Under the pieces are notes generated by a model, which was given only the letters and a program-made list of their open reading frames with translations, searched no databases and was not told the origin of the DNA. Below, piece by piece: positions 29,505-39,757 of a stretch of DNA of 64,000 nt. Both the position numbers and the translations under genes were made by a program. Every line of letters begins with the position of its first letter. Positions within the stretch are counted from its first letter, which is position 1. Source of the DNA: Promethearchaeota archaeon (GTDB taxonomy: Archaea; Asgardarchaeota; Lokiarchaeia; Sigyniarchaeales; SOKP01); the NCBI GenBank assembly GCA_048939995.1, contig JBHLOY010000006.1:64001-128000 (forward strand). The letters are read 5' to 3'.

Positions 29505-30473
29505 ATGATTAACTCGAAAAATTATGTAATTATTATCGGTTCTAGTAATATAGATTTAAACATATATTCAGAGAGGTTACCTAAACCAGGTGAAACAGTT
29601 ACAGGTGGAACATTTAAGCAATTTTTAGGTGGAAAAGGAGCAAATCAGGCAGTTGCTTCAGCACGTTCAGGTTCAAGAACTATTTTTATAGCCAAAATAG
29701 GTAAAGATGTTTATGGGGAGCAAATGATCTCTCAATTAAGAAATGAAGGAGTTGATACAAATTACATTCTTAAAGATAATATTGAATCAAGTGGAATCGC
29801 TTTCATAATGATTGACAAAGATGGGGAAAATATGATAAGTGTTGCACCAGGAGCTAATACTAAATTATTGCCCGAAGATATTCGTAAATTTGCAGAATTG
29901 ATTAAAAATGCGACTTCTTTAATAATACAAATGGAAATCTCAATTGAAACTATTGAAGAAGTTTTCTCAATTGCCTCTGAAGGGAGGGTAATAAAGATTC
30001 TTAATCCTGCTCCTTTAAAACCCATTCCCATTAAAATATTAAAGAAAATCGATATTCTCATCCCAAATGAAGGCGAAATAATTCGATTAAACGCATTGTT
30101 AGGTTTTAAAGAAACCCCTCTCAAAGGAAATAAAAAGATTGTCCATATCTCGAGAAATATATGCAGTTTAGGGGTGAAAAATGTGATAACAACCCTTGGT
30201 AGTAAAGGTTCCTTAATATATCTCTCAGAAAAGGATGAATATGTTGAATTACCAGCATTTAAAGTTCAGGCAGTTGACACTGTAGGAGCAGGTGATTGCT
30301 TTAATGGAGTTATAGCAAGCAAATTAAATCAAGGAGAAGACATAATAACATCTGTAAAATATGCTACAGCTGCAGCCTCTATTGCAGTAACCAGAAAAGG
30401 AGCTCAAGAATCAATTCCATATATACATGAGATTGAAGAAAGATACCATAATTTTAATAATTCATTATTGTGA
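29505..30473 (+). CDS. rbsK: Ribokinase (PfkB family)
   Basis: GGKGANQAVA, LNPAP, PNEGE and DTVGAGDCF motifs. Confidence 0.92.
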   Translation: MINSKNYVIIIGSSNIDLNIYSERLPKPGETVTGGTFKQFLGGKGANQAVASARSGSRTIFIAKIGKDVYGEQMISQLRNEGVDTNYILKDNIESSGIAFIMIDKDGENMISVAPGANTKLLPEDIRKFAELIKNATSLIIQMEISIETIEEVFSIASEGRVIKILNPAPLKPIPIKILKKIDILIPNEGEIIRLNALLGFKETPLKGNKKIVHISRNICSLGVKNVITTLGSKGSLIYLSEKDEYVELPAFKVQAVDTVGAGDCFNGVIASKLNQGEDIITSVKYATAAASIAVTRKGAQESIPYIHEIEERYHNFNNSLL

Positions 30474-30479
30474 GTTTAA

Positions 30480-31154
30480 TTGATAGAGAATTATTTAGAT
30501 GGCCATAAAGGAACTTCTTTAAGAAAAAATGGTAAAGATAGATTGGTAATTTATATTAATGAAAGTTTTCTAAATGATGTTTTCCTCATAAATGGGCCCT
30601 CTTTTATTACTGAAAGTTTATCAATAGGAGATTTGAGCATAGCTCCATTTGATTATTATATGTTGCTAAACAACGGGAAGAAAAAAATTAAGTATGCGGT
30701 CAATTTGGATATTTCTAAACATAAAATTATCTACAATCCATATAAATATGAACATACACAAAAAGTAAATATTGATCCGAAACCATTTATTGATAAGTTT
30801 AATGTTCCTAAAGGTTTTGTCGATGTACTATCAAAATGGTATAGCATAAAATTCACATATCGTAAGTATAATCTGATATATATTAAACCAGAGATGGGAA
30901 TCTCAATCCAAATTCATAAATATCGAGATGAAGCCTGGGAAGTCCTAGCAGGTAAACCTATTATTATAAATGGCAATAGAGTTTATTATTTTATTAAAAA
31001 TGGTTCTCATTTTATAAATTTAAAAGATATGTTTCATTCAGTAATAAATCCGAATAAAGATCCAGAGGCCTTCGTTATATTAAAAGAAAGTTGGAAGGGA
31101 AAATTTGACGAAGAAGATATTAGAAGAGTTTATAATCCTAATAATTATTATTAA
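30480..31154 (+). CDS. Protein with C-terminal cupin of type-II phosphomannose isomerase type
   Basis: ISIQIHKYRDEAWEV, FHSVINP and FDEEDIRR motifs. Confidence 0.65.
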   Translation: MIENYLDGHKGTSLRKNGKDRLVIYINESFLNDVFLINGPSFITESLSIGDLSIAPFDYYMLLNNGKKKIKYAVNLDISKHKIIYNPYKYEHTQKVNIDPKPFIDKFNVPKGFVDVLSKWYSIKFTYRKYNLIYIKPEMGISIQIHKYRDEAWEVLAGKPIIINGNRVYYFIKNGSHFINLKDMFHSVINPNKDPEAFVILKESWKGKFDEEDIRRVYNPNNYY

Positions 31155-31384
31155 ATGATATAAACCTTAATAGAAAACTCTTTAAGGCTCGATAAAATTC
31201 ACATTTTGAAGATCCTAGGGATTTGGGTCAACTTTAGGTCATAGACTTTTAAATTTTATGTTTTTCAGTTCTCTTGTTTTAATAAAATTAAAATTTAATA
31301 GATAACTTATAACCTTACATGTCAAAATAATTAAGTAAATATTAAACAAGAAATAGTAAATGGAACAAATAGATTGGTGGAAAA

Positions 31385-31930
31385 ATGGCTCCGAATGAGG
31401 AACTTGATGAAGAAGATAAAGAAGATTTAGAAGAAGAAGAATCTCCAGAGAAAGTTAAGGAAGAGATTGAAGAAGAAGATGAAGAAGAAGATGAGATCGA
31501 GGAATTAGACGTTGAAAAGGAACGTGATAAATTAAGGTTTCATTACCGCGGTAATACGCTAGAAGACTTAAAAAAAATGAATATGGATCAGTTACTTCAA
31601 TTACTCCCTTCAAGAGTCAGAAGAACTCTAAGAAGAGGATTACCTCCACGCCAGAAAAAAGTCATTGAAAGATTAAGGAGAGCTTATCGAGCAAAAAAAA
31701 GAGGAAAGGATTTAGTTGTAAGAACCCATGTTCGAGACTTAGTAATATTCCCAGAATTTGTAGGTCTTAAAGTAGGTATTTATAATGGAAGAACTTATGA
31801 AATAGTAGAAATTCGTCCTGAGATGATCGGTCATTATCTTGGAGAATTTGCTCTAACAAGAAAGAGAGTGCAACATGGATCACCTGGTATCGGAGCAACC
31901 CGCTCAAGTAAGTATGTTCCCCTTAAATAA
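31385..31930 (+). CDS. rps19: 30S ribosomal protein uS19 with acidic N-terminal extension
   Basis: FHYRG, RTHVRD, EMIGHYLGEF and PGIGATRSSKYVPLK motifs. Confidence 0.96.
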   Translation: MAPNEELDEEDKEDLEEEESPEKVKEEIEEEDEEEDEIEELDVEKERDKLRFHYRGNTLEDLKKMNMDQLLQLLPSRVRRTLRRGLPPRQKKVIERLRRAYRAKKRGKDLVVRTHVRDLVIFPEFVGLKVGIYNGRTYEIVEIRPEMIGHYLGEFALTRKRVQHGSPGIGATRSSKYVPLK

Positions 31931-31953
31931 TATTAAGAAGAGAGATAAAGAGA

Positions 31954-32433
31954 ATGCCTAATTGGGATTATTCATTTGTAGAACAAAAGTATGATGCTGA
32001 GAGATTAGCTAAAGCATCTGGGAGAGATTTACGAATCAAACCAAAGCATGCTAGAGAAATCTGTGCAGTAATAAAAGGTATGAAAATTGATAGGGCTAAA
32101 TCATATTTAGAAAAAGTAATTCAAATTAAACAATCTGTACCATTCAGAAGATATAAAAAGAAACAATCACATCGTAAAGATTTAAAGCAATTCAAATGGT
32201 ATGCAGGAAGATATCCACAAAAGGCAGCTGCTAGAATTTATGAAGTATTATCCGCAGCTGAATCAAATGCAGAATATAAAGGATTAGATATTGAAGCATG
32301 TCGAATAATCCATACGGCAACTCATCGTGGAAGGATTATTAAAAGATATATCCCTCGTGCTCATGGAAGATCGAGTGCAAAATACAGACATCTCTCGCAT
32401 GTTGAAATTGTTGTTTATGAATTTCCAAGTTAG
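31954..32433 (+). CDS. rpl22: 50S ribosomal protein uL22
   Basis: GRYPQKAA, AESNAEYKGLD and PRAHGRS motifs; operon order. Confidence 0.96.
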   Translation: MPNWDYSFVEQKYDAERLAKASGRDLRIKPKHAREICAVIKGMKIDRAKSYLEKVIQIKQSVPFRRYKKKQSHRKDLKQFKWYAGRYPQKAAARIYEVLSAAESNAEYKGLDIEACRIIHTATHRGRIIKRYIPRAHGRSSAKYRHLSHVEIVVYEFPS

Positions 32434-32474
32434 GAGTTAATAAGAAAAAATTATAACAGAATGAGTGAAAAAAA

Positions 32475-33257
32475 TTGAGTCCCTTATCCCGACATTTTAT
32501 AGAACAGGGTGTTAAGATGATGCAGATAAATGAGTTTCTTAGATCTGAGCTTGTACGTGCTGGTTTCGCCGGAGTAGATATCCAGAAGACTCCTTTGGGA
32601 GTAAGAATAACATTGAAAACTTCACGTCCAGGTTTAGTAATTGGAAAGGGTGGAAAGAGAATTCAGGAAATCACAGACATCTTACAGGAAGAATATGGCT
32701 TGGAAATGCCCCAGATAGAAGTAGAAGAGGTCCAAAATCCAGATCTAGATGCTCAGATTATGGCTGAGAGGTTAGCATACAGTCTTGATAGAGGGCGACA
32801 TTATCGTAGAGCTGGATATTACATATTACGTAAAGTGATGGATGCAGGAGCAAAAGGAGTAGAAATTAGAGTAGCTGGCAAGGTAACTTCACAGAGAGCG
32901 CGTTCACAGATATTTAGAGCTGGTACCATGACCAAATCAGGACAGCCCGCTGAAACTGGAGTTGATAAAGGGGTTGCTCAATGTATTCAAAAAAGTGGAG
33001 TCCTTGGTGTAATTGTTAAAATAATGAAAGCAGATACCAAGATGGGCGATGACGTAAAAATTCATGATGATGAATTAGCTAAAGCACAAACTAAAGCAAA
33101 AGCAGCCGAAAAGAAAACAAGAATAGAAAAAATAGCAGAAAAAGAGTATGAAGTTACTGAAGAAGAAGTTGAATTAAGTAAGGAGGAAAAAGATTTAATA
33201 GATGAAGTGGATGAAGAAGATGTTTCAGAGGTATCAATTGAACCAAATAAAAAATAG
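32475..33257 (+). CDS. rps3: 30S ribosomal protein uS3
   Basis: RPGLVIGKGGKRI KH motif and AGAKGVEI; acidic tail. Confidence 0.96.
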   Translation: MSPLSRHFIEQGVKMMQINEFLRSELVRAGFAGVDIQKTPLGVRITLKTSRPGLVIGKGGKRIQEITDILQEEYGLEMPQIEVEEVQNPDLDAQIMAERLAYSLDRGRHYRRAGYYILRKVMDAGAKGVEIRVAGKVTSQRARSQIFRAGTMTKSGQPAETGVDKGVAQCIQKSGVLGVIVKIMKADTKMGDDVKIHDDELAKAQTKAKAAEKKTRIEKIAEKEYEVTEEEVELSKEEKDLIDEVDEEDVSEVSIEPNKK

Positions 33258-33281
33258 AAAATAAGGATTAAGTGAAAAAAG

Positions 33282-33491
33282 ATGCCCGAAATTATAACTG
33301 CTGAAAAAGTCCGGCAAATGGATGAACGAGAGAGAGAAAGGACTCTCATTACATTAAAAGAAGAGTTAATGATGTTATATAGTCAGCAAACTGGTGGTGG
33401 TATTGCTGATAATCCAGCAAAGGCAAAACTCTTGAGAAAGCAAATAGCTAGAATATTAACTGTCAAAAACGAAGAGAGATTGAAAGAGTAA
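33282..33491 (+). CDS. rpl29: 50S ribosomal protein uL29
   Basis: NP..LRKQIARILTV motif; operon order. Confidence 0.92.
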   Translation: MPEIITAEKVRQMDERERERTLITLKEELMMLYSQQTGGGIADNPAKAKLLRKQIARILTVKNEERLKE

Positions 33492-33492
33492 A

Positions 33493-33786
33493 ATGATTAG
33501 CCCCAAATATATGATCTATCATGACTTAATTGGATTTCACACTTATGCAAAATTAAAATCAAAAGCAGAAAGCTCAGATTTCAACTATCTAGGAATTATA
33601 ATAGATGAAACTAATAATATGCTTATAATTGAAAAAACTAACCAAATTAAAAAGTATATAAAAAAGGATTATATTTTCAGATTCAAATTAAATGAAGATT
33701 TATTAGAAGTTGATGGTACCAAGATTGTTGGTATTCCAGAAAATAGGTTAAGAAGTTTAAAAAAGAAGAAAAGGATGAGAAAATAA
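33493..33786 (+). CDS. rnp1: Ribonuclease P protein Rpp29 (aRpp29/Pop4)
   Basis: HDLIG, GIIIDETNNML and VDG..I.G.PENRL motifs; located between L29 and S17. Confidence 0.88.
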   Translation: MISPKYMIYHDLIGFHTYAKLKSKAESSDFNYLGIIIDETNNMLIIEKTNQIKKYIKKDYIFRFKLNEDLLEVDGTKIVGIPENRLRSLKKKKRMRK

Positions 33787-33787
33787 A

Positions 33788-34138
33788 ATGAGCATTCGAA
33801 ATATTGGTATTCCCGGAGTAACACCCCCTAAAACAAAGGATTGTGATGATAAATATTGTCCATTTCACGGGACAACAAGAATTCGGGGCAAAATAACAAG
33901 TGGAATTGTAGTGAGTAAAAGATCTAGGAATAGCATAATAATTAGAAGAGATTATCTTCATTTTGTTAAAAAATATCAACGATATGAAAGGCGTAATACA
34001 CGTCTTGCATGTCATTTACCAGATTGTTTAAAAAATGAAATAAAATTAGGAGATTTAGTGCGAGTAGGTGAGAGTAGAAAAATCTCTAAAACAAAAGCAT
34101 TTATTGTATTGGATAAAATATCACGTGAGGGGATTTAG
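33788..34138 (+). CDS. rps17: 30S ribosomal protein uS17
   Basis: CDDKYCPFHG, KKYQRYERR and GESRKISKTK motifs. Confidence 0.95.
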   Translation: MSIRNIGIPGVTPPKTKDCDDKYCPFHGTTRIRGKITSGIVVSKRSRNSIIIRRDYLHFVKKYQRYERRNTRLACHLPDCLKNEIKLGDLVRVGESRKISKTKAFIVLDKISREGI

Positions 34139-34564
34139 ATGGGAACAAGAAGAAAAACAGGAAGAAAGAAGATGGTGAAGCCTCGGACTAGTTATGGTCT
34201 ACAAAATTCTTCAAGAATATTCATCACAGATAACTCTGGAGCAAAAATTGCGGAAATAATTAACGTTGATCACGCTAAAACAAGGTTAAGGAGGTTACCT
34301 AAAGCAACTGTAGGTTCAGTTTGTTCAGTGACAATTAAAAAAGGTCGACCTGATATGCGAGGTAATATCATGAAGGCCGTAATTGTACGCCAAAAAAGGA
34401 TTTATAAAAGAATAGATGGAACTCGTGTTTGTTTTGAGGATAATGCTGGAGTAATAATAAGTAAAGAAGGTGACCCCAAAGGAACCGAAATTAGAGGCCC
34501 AATAGCAAGAGAAGCAGCTGAATTATTCCCTCGTTTAGCATCTATCTCATCCTTAATAATTTAA
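34139..34564 (+). CDS. rpl14: 50S ribosomal protein uL14
   Basis: DNSGAK, AVIVRQ, FEDNAGV and GPIAREAA motifs. Confidence 0.96.
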   Translation: MGTRRKTGRKKMVKPRTSYGLQNSSRIFITDNSGAKIAEIINVDHAKTRLRRLPKATVGSVCSVTIKKGRPDMRGNIMKAVIVRQKRIYKRIDGTRVCFEDNAGVIISKEGDPKGTEIRGPIAREAAELFPRLASISSLII

Positions 34565-35017
34565 TTGAAAAAAGTGAGAATAACTGTGAAAATTACTTCA
34601 AAAAAGCCAGGAAAGCAAAGAAAAGCATTGTTTAATTATAAAAATCACCAAAGAGCTAAATTATTATCAACTAAAGTAGCAGATTTCCTTAGAGATGAAT
34701 ATGGAATAAAAAGGCTCCCATTAAGAGTTGGTGATCAAGTAAAAGTGTGTAAAGGAGAATTTAAAGACTTCGAAGGGGAAGTTCTGGAAATTACTAAAAA
34801 TCAAAGAGCGAAAATAAAAGAGTGTCAATTTGAAAAAGCAGATGGAACTCAATTTAACCCTTCAATCCATATTTCCAAGCTTGTTTTGACAAAATTAGGC
34901 AAGGAAAAGAAATTAGATACATGGAGGGCCAATATGATTGAAAGAAAAGCTTTATACGTATTTAGTGAAGAAGAATTGATTGCACCAAAAAAATTAAAAG
35001 AGGAGGAGAATAAATGA
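34565..35017 (+). CDS. rpl24: 50S ribosomal protein uL24
   Basis: SKKPGKQRK and KOW-like GDQVKV..G.FK..EG. The true start may be GTG 34586. Confidence 0.93.
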   Translation: MKKVRITVKITSKKPGKQRKALFNYKNHQRAKLLSTKVADFLRDEYGIKRLPLRVGDQVKVCKGEFKDFEGEVLEITKNQRAKIKECQFEKADGTQFNPSIHISKLVLTKLGKEKKLDTWRANMIERKALYVFSEEELIAPKKLKEEENK

Positions 35018-35769
35018 CCCGGCATGGAGGAAAAAAATCATTAAAAAGACTTAATACTCCTAAGTTTTTACAAATTAAAAGAAAGCATGGTACATTCTTT
35101 ATAAAAACTTCTCCTGGACCTCATCCTAGTCGATTTTGTTTACCACTACTTCATATTGTAAGAGATAATCTTAAGATTGTAAACTTTCAGAGAGAAGCAA
35201 AAAAATTGATTGGCCTAGGCTATTTGAAAGTAGATGGAAAAACAATTAAGGATAAGGCTTTTCCTGTGGGATTGATGGATGTATTAACCATTGAGAAAAT
35301 GAACAAACATTATCGCATACTTCCAGATTCTCATTATGGTTTAATACTCCATGAAATTTCTGAAAACGAGAGTAATTATAAATTATGCCGAATTAATGAA
35401 AAAACTACCGTTAAAGGTGGAGATATTCAATTAAACTTACATGATGGCAGAAATATTTTAGTCCAAGTCGAAGATCCCCAAAATCCTAAAGAGGATATAT
35501 ATAAGAGGATGGATGTTTTAAAGATAACAATTCCAGAACAAGAAATTGAGAAAGTCATTAGATTTAAAGAGGGTAATATAGCTATTATTATGGCAGGGAA
35601 AAATATTGGTCAAATTGGTAAAATTATTAATATTTTAAAACGATTTGGCCCTAAAGCAAGCACGGTTTCCATCCAACATAATTCAGAACACACTGAGACA
35701 TTGTATGATTATACTTTTGTTATTGGAGAAGCTAAATCTGAAATAAGCCTTCCACAAATTGAGACATAA
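35014..35769 (+). CDS. rps4e: 30S ribosomal protein eS4
   Basis: LKRL..P, PGPH, FPVGLMDV and LHDGRN motifs. Confidence 0.95.
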   Translation: MTRHGGKKSLKRLNTPKFLQIKRKHGTFFIKTSPGPHPSRFCLPLLHIVRDNLKIVNFQREAKKLIGLGYLKVDGKTIKDKAFPVGLMDVLTIEKMNKHYRILPDSHYGLILHEISENESNYKLCRINEKTTVKGGDIQLNLHDGRNILVQVEDPQNPKEDIYKRMDVLKITIPEQEIEKVIRFKEGNIAIIMAGKNIGQIGKIINILKRFGPKASTVSIQHNSEHTETLYDYTFVIGEAKSEISLPQIET

Positions 35770-35793
35770 TTAAAATAAGAGTTGATAATTAAA

Positions 35794-36387
35794 ATGTCAG
35801 TTAAAACTAAAAAGAAAACCCCAAAAGAACAAACGGAACAGTTTGAAAAAATTTGGGACAATCCAATGAAACGCCCCTTTTTAGAGAAATTAGTATTGAA
35901 CATTGGTGTTGGTAGTGGTGGAGAAGAGTTAGAAAGAGCAGTAAAGGTCTTGGAAACTATAACAGGTAGACAACCAGTAAAAACTTTATCAAAAAAGAAT
36001 ATAAAAGAATTTAATTTAAGAAAAGGAAGACCCATTGGAACGATGGTTACAATCAGGGGTGAGGAAGCAGAGAAACTACTTAAAAGATTATTAATTGTGA
36101 ATAATAACAAAATTCTACGTAGAAGTTTTGATAATTATGGTAATTTTGGTTTTGGAATAACTGAACATATCTCTATACCTAGCATTGAATATGACAATTT
36201 AATAGGAATATGGGGTCTAGATGTGGGTGGACGGATTATAAGACCAGGTATGAGAATTAAATATAGAAGGCAAGCAAGAGCTAAAATTCCAAAAGATCAT
36301 TATGTTTCCAAAATAGAAGCTCAATATTTCTTAGAAAAAAATTTTGGAGTAGAAATTGTAGAACAATTAGATTTAGAATTTATGTAA
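35794..36387 (+). CDS. rpl5: 50S ribosomal protein uL5
   Basis: NPM, LNIGVG, PIG..VTIRG and GNFGFGITEHI motifs. Confidence 0.95.
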   Translation: MSVKTKKKTPKEQTEQFEKIWDNPMKRPFLEKLVLNIGVGSGGEELERAVKVLETITGRQPVKTLSKKNIKEFNLRKGRPIGTMVTIRGEEAEKLLKRLLIVNNNKILRRSFDNYGNFGFGITEHISIPSIEYDNLIGIWGLDVGGRIIRPGMRIKYRRQARAKIPKDHYVSKIEAQYFLEKNFGVEIVEQLDLEFM

Positions 36388-36410
36388 ATAAAAAATAAAT
36401 GATGATAACA

Positions 36411-36557
36411 GTGCCTCAAGGAAAAATTGGCAAGGGACAAAGAACCTGCAGGAGATGTGGGACCCATAGAGGTCTAATTAGAAGATATGGTTTATATATA
36501 TGTAGAAGATGTTTCTATGAGATTGGGAAGGCAATAGGATTTAAAAGATTTGATTAA
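36411..36557 (+). CDS. rps14: 30S ribosomal protein uS14 (absent from the ORF track)
   Basis: Manual translation [48 protein letters not shown]; Zn-finger CxxC pairs; expected position between L5 and S8. Confidence 0.95.
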   Translation: MPQGKIGKGQRTCRRCGTHRGLIRRYGLYICRRCFYEIGKAIGFKRFD

Positions 36558-36578
36558 ATATAAAAAATGGTGAATTAA

Positions 36579-36962
36579 GTGGTAAATACAATCGCAGATG
36601 CAATGAATATGATACGCAATGCTGAGCGAGCGAGGAAGAAAGAAATTATCATAAGCCCAGCATCTAAATTGATTCAAAAAATATTGTTAATTCTTCAAAA
36701 AAATGCATATATTGGAGAATTTGAACGATATGATGATGGGCGCCACGGTAAATTCAGGATCGCCCTACTAGGCAAAATAAATGAAGCGAAAGGATTATTA
36801 AGGCTTAATTATAAAGTATCTCAATTTGAAATGCTTGAAAGAAAATTGTTACCAGCACCGGGATTAGGCTTAATCATTATGACTACAAACCAAGGCATTA
36901 TAACTATGAAAGAAGCAGAAGAAAAAAATATTGGTGGAATGGCTTTATGTTATATTTATTAA
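36579..36962 (+). CDS. rps8: 30S ribosomal protein uS8
   Basis: IRNAE, PASKLI, YIGEFE.YDDGR and TTNQG motifs. Confidence 0.95.
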   Translation: MVNTIADAMNMIRNAERARKKEIIISPASKLIQKILLILQKNAYIGEFERYDDGRHGKFRIALLGKINEAKGLLRLNYKVSQFEMLERKLLPAPGLGLIIMTTNQGIITMKEAEEKNIGGMALCYIY

Positions 36963-36984
36963 AAGAAGGTAGAGGTAATATATA

Positions 36985-37563
36985 ATGGTACGAACAGCAT
37001 TTTTTAAACAAGAATTAGAGATTCCAAAGGACGTAAAAGTTACATTAGGTGATGATCAACATATAATCGTAAATGGACCAAATGGAAAAATAACAAAAGA
37101 TTTTTCTCATATAAGGGGAGTTAAAGTCTTGATTGAAGGAAAAAATATAATATTTTCAACCTATTTTCCCAAAAGTGGTACACTTGCTTTAACTAATACC
37201 ATATATAACATTATTAAGAGTATTATAACAGGAGTTCAAACTAATTACGAATATTATTGTAAAATGGCATATTCACATTTCCCATTTACCGCAGAAGTAA
37301 AATCAGATAAAGAAGAAATACATATTATCAACTTTTTAGGTGAAAGAGCCCCAAGGATAGCGAAATATCTTGATAATGTTGAAGTAAAAATTGAAGGAGA
37401 TGATATCATCTTAATAGGACCAGATAAGGAAAAGTTAGGACAAACAGCTGCAAATCTTAAAAAATGCTGTAGAATTAAAAAGAAAGATCCTAGAGTGTTT
37501 CAAGATGGAGTTTACCTCTATAAAATAAAATTGGGAGAGGAAATTCTCTGGCAAATAAAATAA
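36985..37563 (+). CDS. rpl6: 50S ribosomal protein uL6
   Basis: YSHFP, NFLGERAPR, GQTAAN and KDPRVFQDGVY motifs. Confidence 0.96.
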   Translation: MVRTAFFKQELEIPKDVKVTLGDDQHIIVNGPNGKITKDFSHIRGVKVLIEGKNIIFSTYFPKSGTLALTNTIYNIIKSIITGVQTNYEYYCKMAYSHFPFTAEVKSDKEEIHIINFLGERAPRIAKYLDNVEVKIEGDDIILIGPDKEKLGQTAANLKKCCRIKKKDPRVFQDGVYLYKIKLGEEILWQIK

Positions 37564-37577
37564 AAAAGTGAGATAAA

Positions 37578-38051
37578 ATGGAAAGGGAAAGATTATTTCA
37601 AATAAGAAAAAAATTAAAAAGGAAAAGACCATCCTTTAGGCGTATTGAATCATGGAGATATAAAAAATTAAAAGATTCATGGAGAAAAGCCAGAGGAATT
37701 GATTCACAAACAAGGAAAAAAGAAAAAAGTGGTGTAAAATCTCCATCTGTTGGTTATAGAAGTCCTAAGAAAGTTAGAGGAATCCATCCATCTGGATATA
37801 AGGAAGTAAGAGTTTTTAATATAAATGATCTCAAAGGATTAAGCAATAAAAAGCATGCAATCAAAATTTCAGGAAAATTAGGCGCTAAGAAAAGAATTGC
37901 TTTAGTCGATTATGCTCAGAATAGAGGATTTAAAATACTTAATCTAGGAATTGCCCAAAAAGAATTAGAGCGCTTTGAAGCATTATTAGAAAGTCCTCTT
38001 GAAGAAGGGGAAGATCTAATGGATCTAGAGGAATCATTAGAAGAGGATTAA
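37578..38051 (+). CDS. rpl32e: 50S ribosomal protein eL32
   Basis: WRKARGIDS and GYRSP..VRG.HPSG motifs. Confidence 0.95.
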   Translation: MERERLFQIRKKLKRKRPSFRRIESWRYKKLKDSWRKARGIDSQTRKKEKSGVKSPSVGYRSPKKVRGIHPSGYKEVRVFNINDLKGLSNKKHAIKISGKLGAKKRIALVDYAQNRGFKILNLGIAQKELERFEALLESPLEEGEDLMDLEESLEED

Positions 38052-38070
38052 CTAAAGAAGGTGTAAATTT

Positions 38071-38526
38071 ATGAGTTTAAAGGCCCAAAAAAGAATGGCT
38101 GCGGAAATATTAAAGTGTGGTGAAAATCGGGTTTACTTTGACCCTTATTTGATAGAAGAAATTCAATTAGCCATAACTCGAGAAGACATACGAAGTTTAA
38201 TCAAAGAAGGTATTATACAAAAAAAATATAAAAAAGGAATTTCAAATTCTCGTAAAAATATACGTCATAAAAGAAAGAAAAAAGGAAGAGCTAGAGGTTT
38301 AGGAAAAAGAAAAGGTACAAAAATTGCCAGAAATCCTAAGAAGAGAGCTTGGATAAGAAGAATAAGACCCCAAAGAAGAGAATTAAAGAAATTAAGAGAT
38401 AGAAAATTAATTACAGCTAGCAATTATCGAAGACTGTATAAAAACGCTAAAGGAGGAATGTTCACGAGTGTTGCTCAAATGAATCGATATATTAAAGAAA
38501 AAGAGTTATTGAGGAGAGGAAGGTAA
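38071..38526 (+). CDS. rpl19e: 50S ribosomal protein eL19
   Basis: QKRMAA.ILKCG.NRV, AITREDIR and YKNAKGG motifs. Confidence 0.96.
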   Translation: MSLKAQKRMAAEILKCGENRVYFDPYLIEEIQLAITREDIRSLIKEGIIQKKYKKGISNSRKNIRHKRKKKGRARGLGKRKGTKIARNPKKRAWIRRIRPQRRELKKLRDRKLITASNYRRLYKNAKGGMFTSVAQMNRYIKEKELLRRGR

Positions 38527-38528
38527 AA

Positions 38529-39122
38529 ATGACAAAAGGACCAAGATATAGGCGTGCATTTAGAAGAAGATCGACTGGTAAAACAAATTATCAAAGAAGA
38601 TTAAAATTTCTAAAATCAAATAAATTAAGAATTGTAGCTCGAGCATCTAATAATCATATTTTAATTCAAGTTGTCCAATCCAAACTTGGAGGGGACAAAA
38701 TTATTTCCTCAGCATTTTCTAAAGAATTAAAAAATAAGTATGGTTGGAAGGCAAATACTGGAAATATTCCCGCAGCATATTTAACAGGATATCTTGCTGG
38801 TTTAAGAGCAAAAAAACAAAACATTACTGAAGCCATCTTAGATTTAGGGATATTATATCATCGTAATAGGTTGATAGCGGCATCTAAAGGAGTAATAGAT
38901 GCCGGTTTAGAAGTTCCTTATAATGAAGATTTTTTTCCAGAAAATCTAAAAGAACGAATAGAAGGTCAGCATATTGAGAAATATGCAAAAGGATTAAAAG
39001 ATGAAAATCCTGAAAAGTATGAAAAGATATTTTCAGGATATTTAAATAATGATAAAATAAATCCATTAAAGATAAGTCAAATGTTTTCAACTACTTTGAA
39101 ATCAATTGAAAGTAAACCTTAG
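38529..39122 (+). CDS. rpl18: 50S ribosomal protein uL18
   Basis: RRR..GKTNY, GNIPAAYLTG and KG.IDAGLEVP motifs. Confidence 0.95.
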   Translation: MTKGPRYRRAFRRRSTGKTNYQRRLKFLKSNKLRIVARASNNHILIQVVQSKLGGDKIISSAFSKELKNKYGWKANTGNIPAAYLTGYLAGLRAKKQNITEAILDLGILYHRNRLIAASKGVIDAGLEVPYNEDFFPENLKERIEGQHIEKYAKGLKDENPEKYEKIFSGYLNNDKINPLKISQMFSTTLKSIESKP

Positions 39123-39136
39123 AGATGTGATATTTT

Positions 39137-39751
39137 ATGAGTCGTTTGAGAAATATTGAAGATACATGGGTGCCTAGAACTCGCTTGGGAGAGTTAGTTC
39201 GTGAAGGATTGATTACATTAGATAAGATTTTTGCAAACAATTTGGTTGTTAAAGAAAAAGAAATAATTGACATTCTTCTTCCTCAATTACGTGAAGACGT
39301 TGTAAAAATCTCAATGGTTCAACAAATGAGTGCTAGTGGTCAACGTTCTAAATTCAAAGCTGTTGTACTAGTTGGTGCCGATGGATTTATTGGAGTTGGT
39401 TCAGCAAAATCACGTGAAGTAGGTCCTGCAATAAGGAAAGCAATAGATAAGGCTAAATTATCTGTAATTCCTGTACTTAGAGGATGTGGGAGTAAAGAAT
39501 GTGGTTGTGGAGGTACCCATAGTATTCCTTTCAAAACAAATGGAAAGTGTGGTTCAGTTAGAATTCGATTGATTCCTGCACCTGCAGGAGTGGGATTAGC
39601 ATCAGCAGATAAAGTAAAACAATTATTAAAACTTTCTGGCATCGAAGATATTTGGAGTAAAACATATGGTGATACACGAACTAGTGAAAATCTAGTAAAA
39701 GCAACTTTTAATGCTCTTAAAAATGCCCATAAATACAATTTTAAAGTATAA
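39137..39751 (+). CDS. rps5: 30S ribosomal protein uS5
   Basis: WVPRTRLG, RGCGS.EC.C..HS.P and PAP.G.GL motifs. Confidence 0.96.
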   Translation: MSRLRNIEDTWVPRTRLGELVREGLITLDKIFANNLVVKEKEIIDILLPQLREDVVKISMVQQMSASGQRSKFKAVVLVGADGFIGVGSAKSREVGPAIRKAIDKAKLSVIPVLRGCGSKECGCGGTHSIPFKTNGKCGSVRIRLIPAPAGVGLASADKVKQLLKLSGIEDIWSKTYGDTRTSENLVKATFNALKNAHKYNFKV

Positions 39752-39757
39752 AAAGAG

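Noticed and set aside
31180-31250. Slightly GC-richer intergenic patch before rps19 as an ncRNA
   Set aside because: Only weak pairing and no recognisable RNA family motif.
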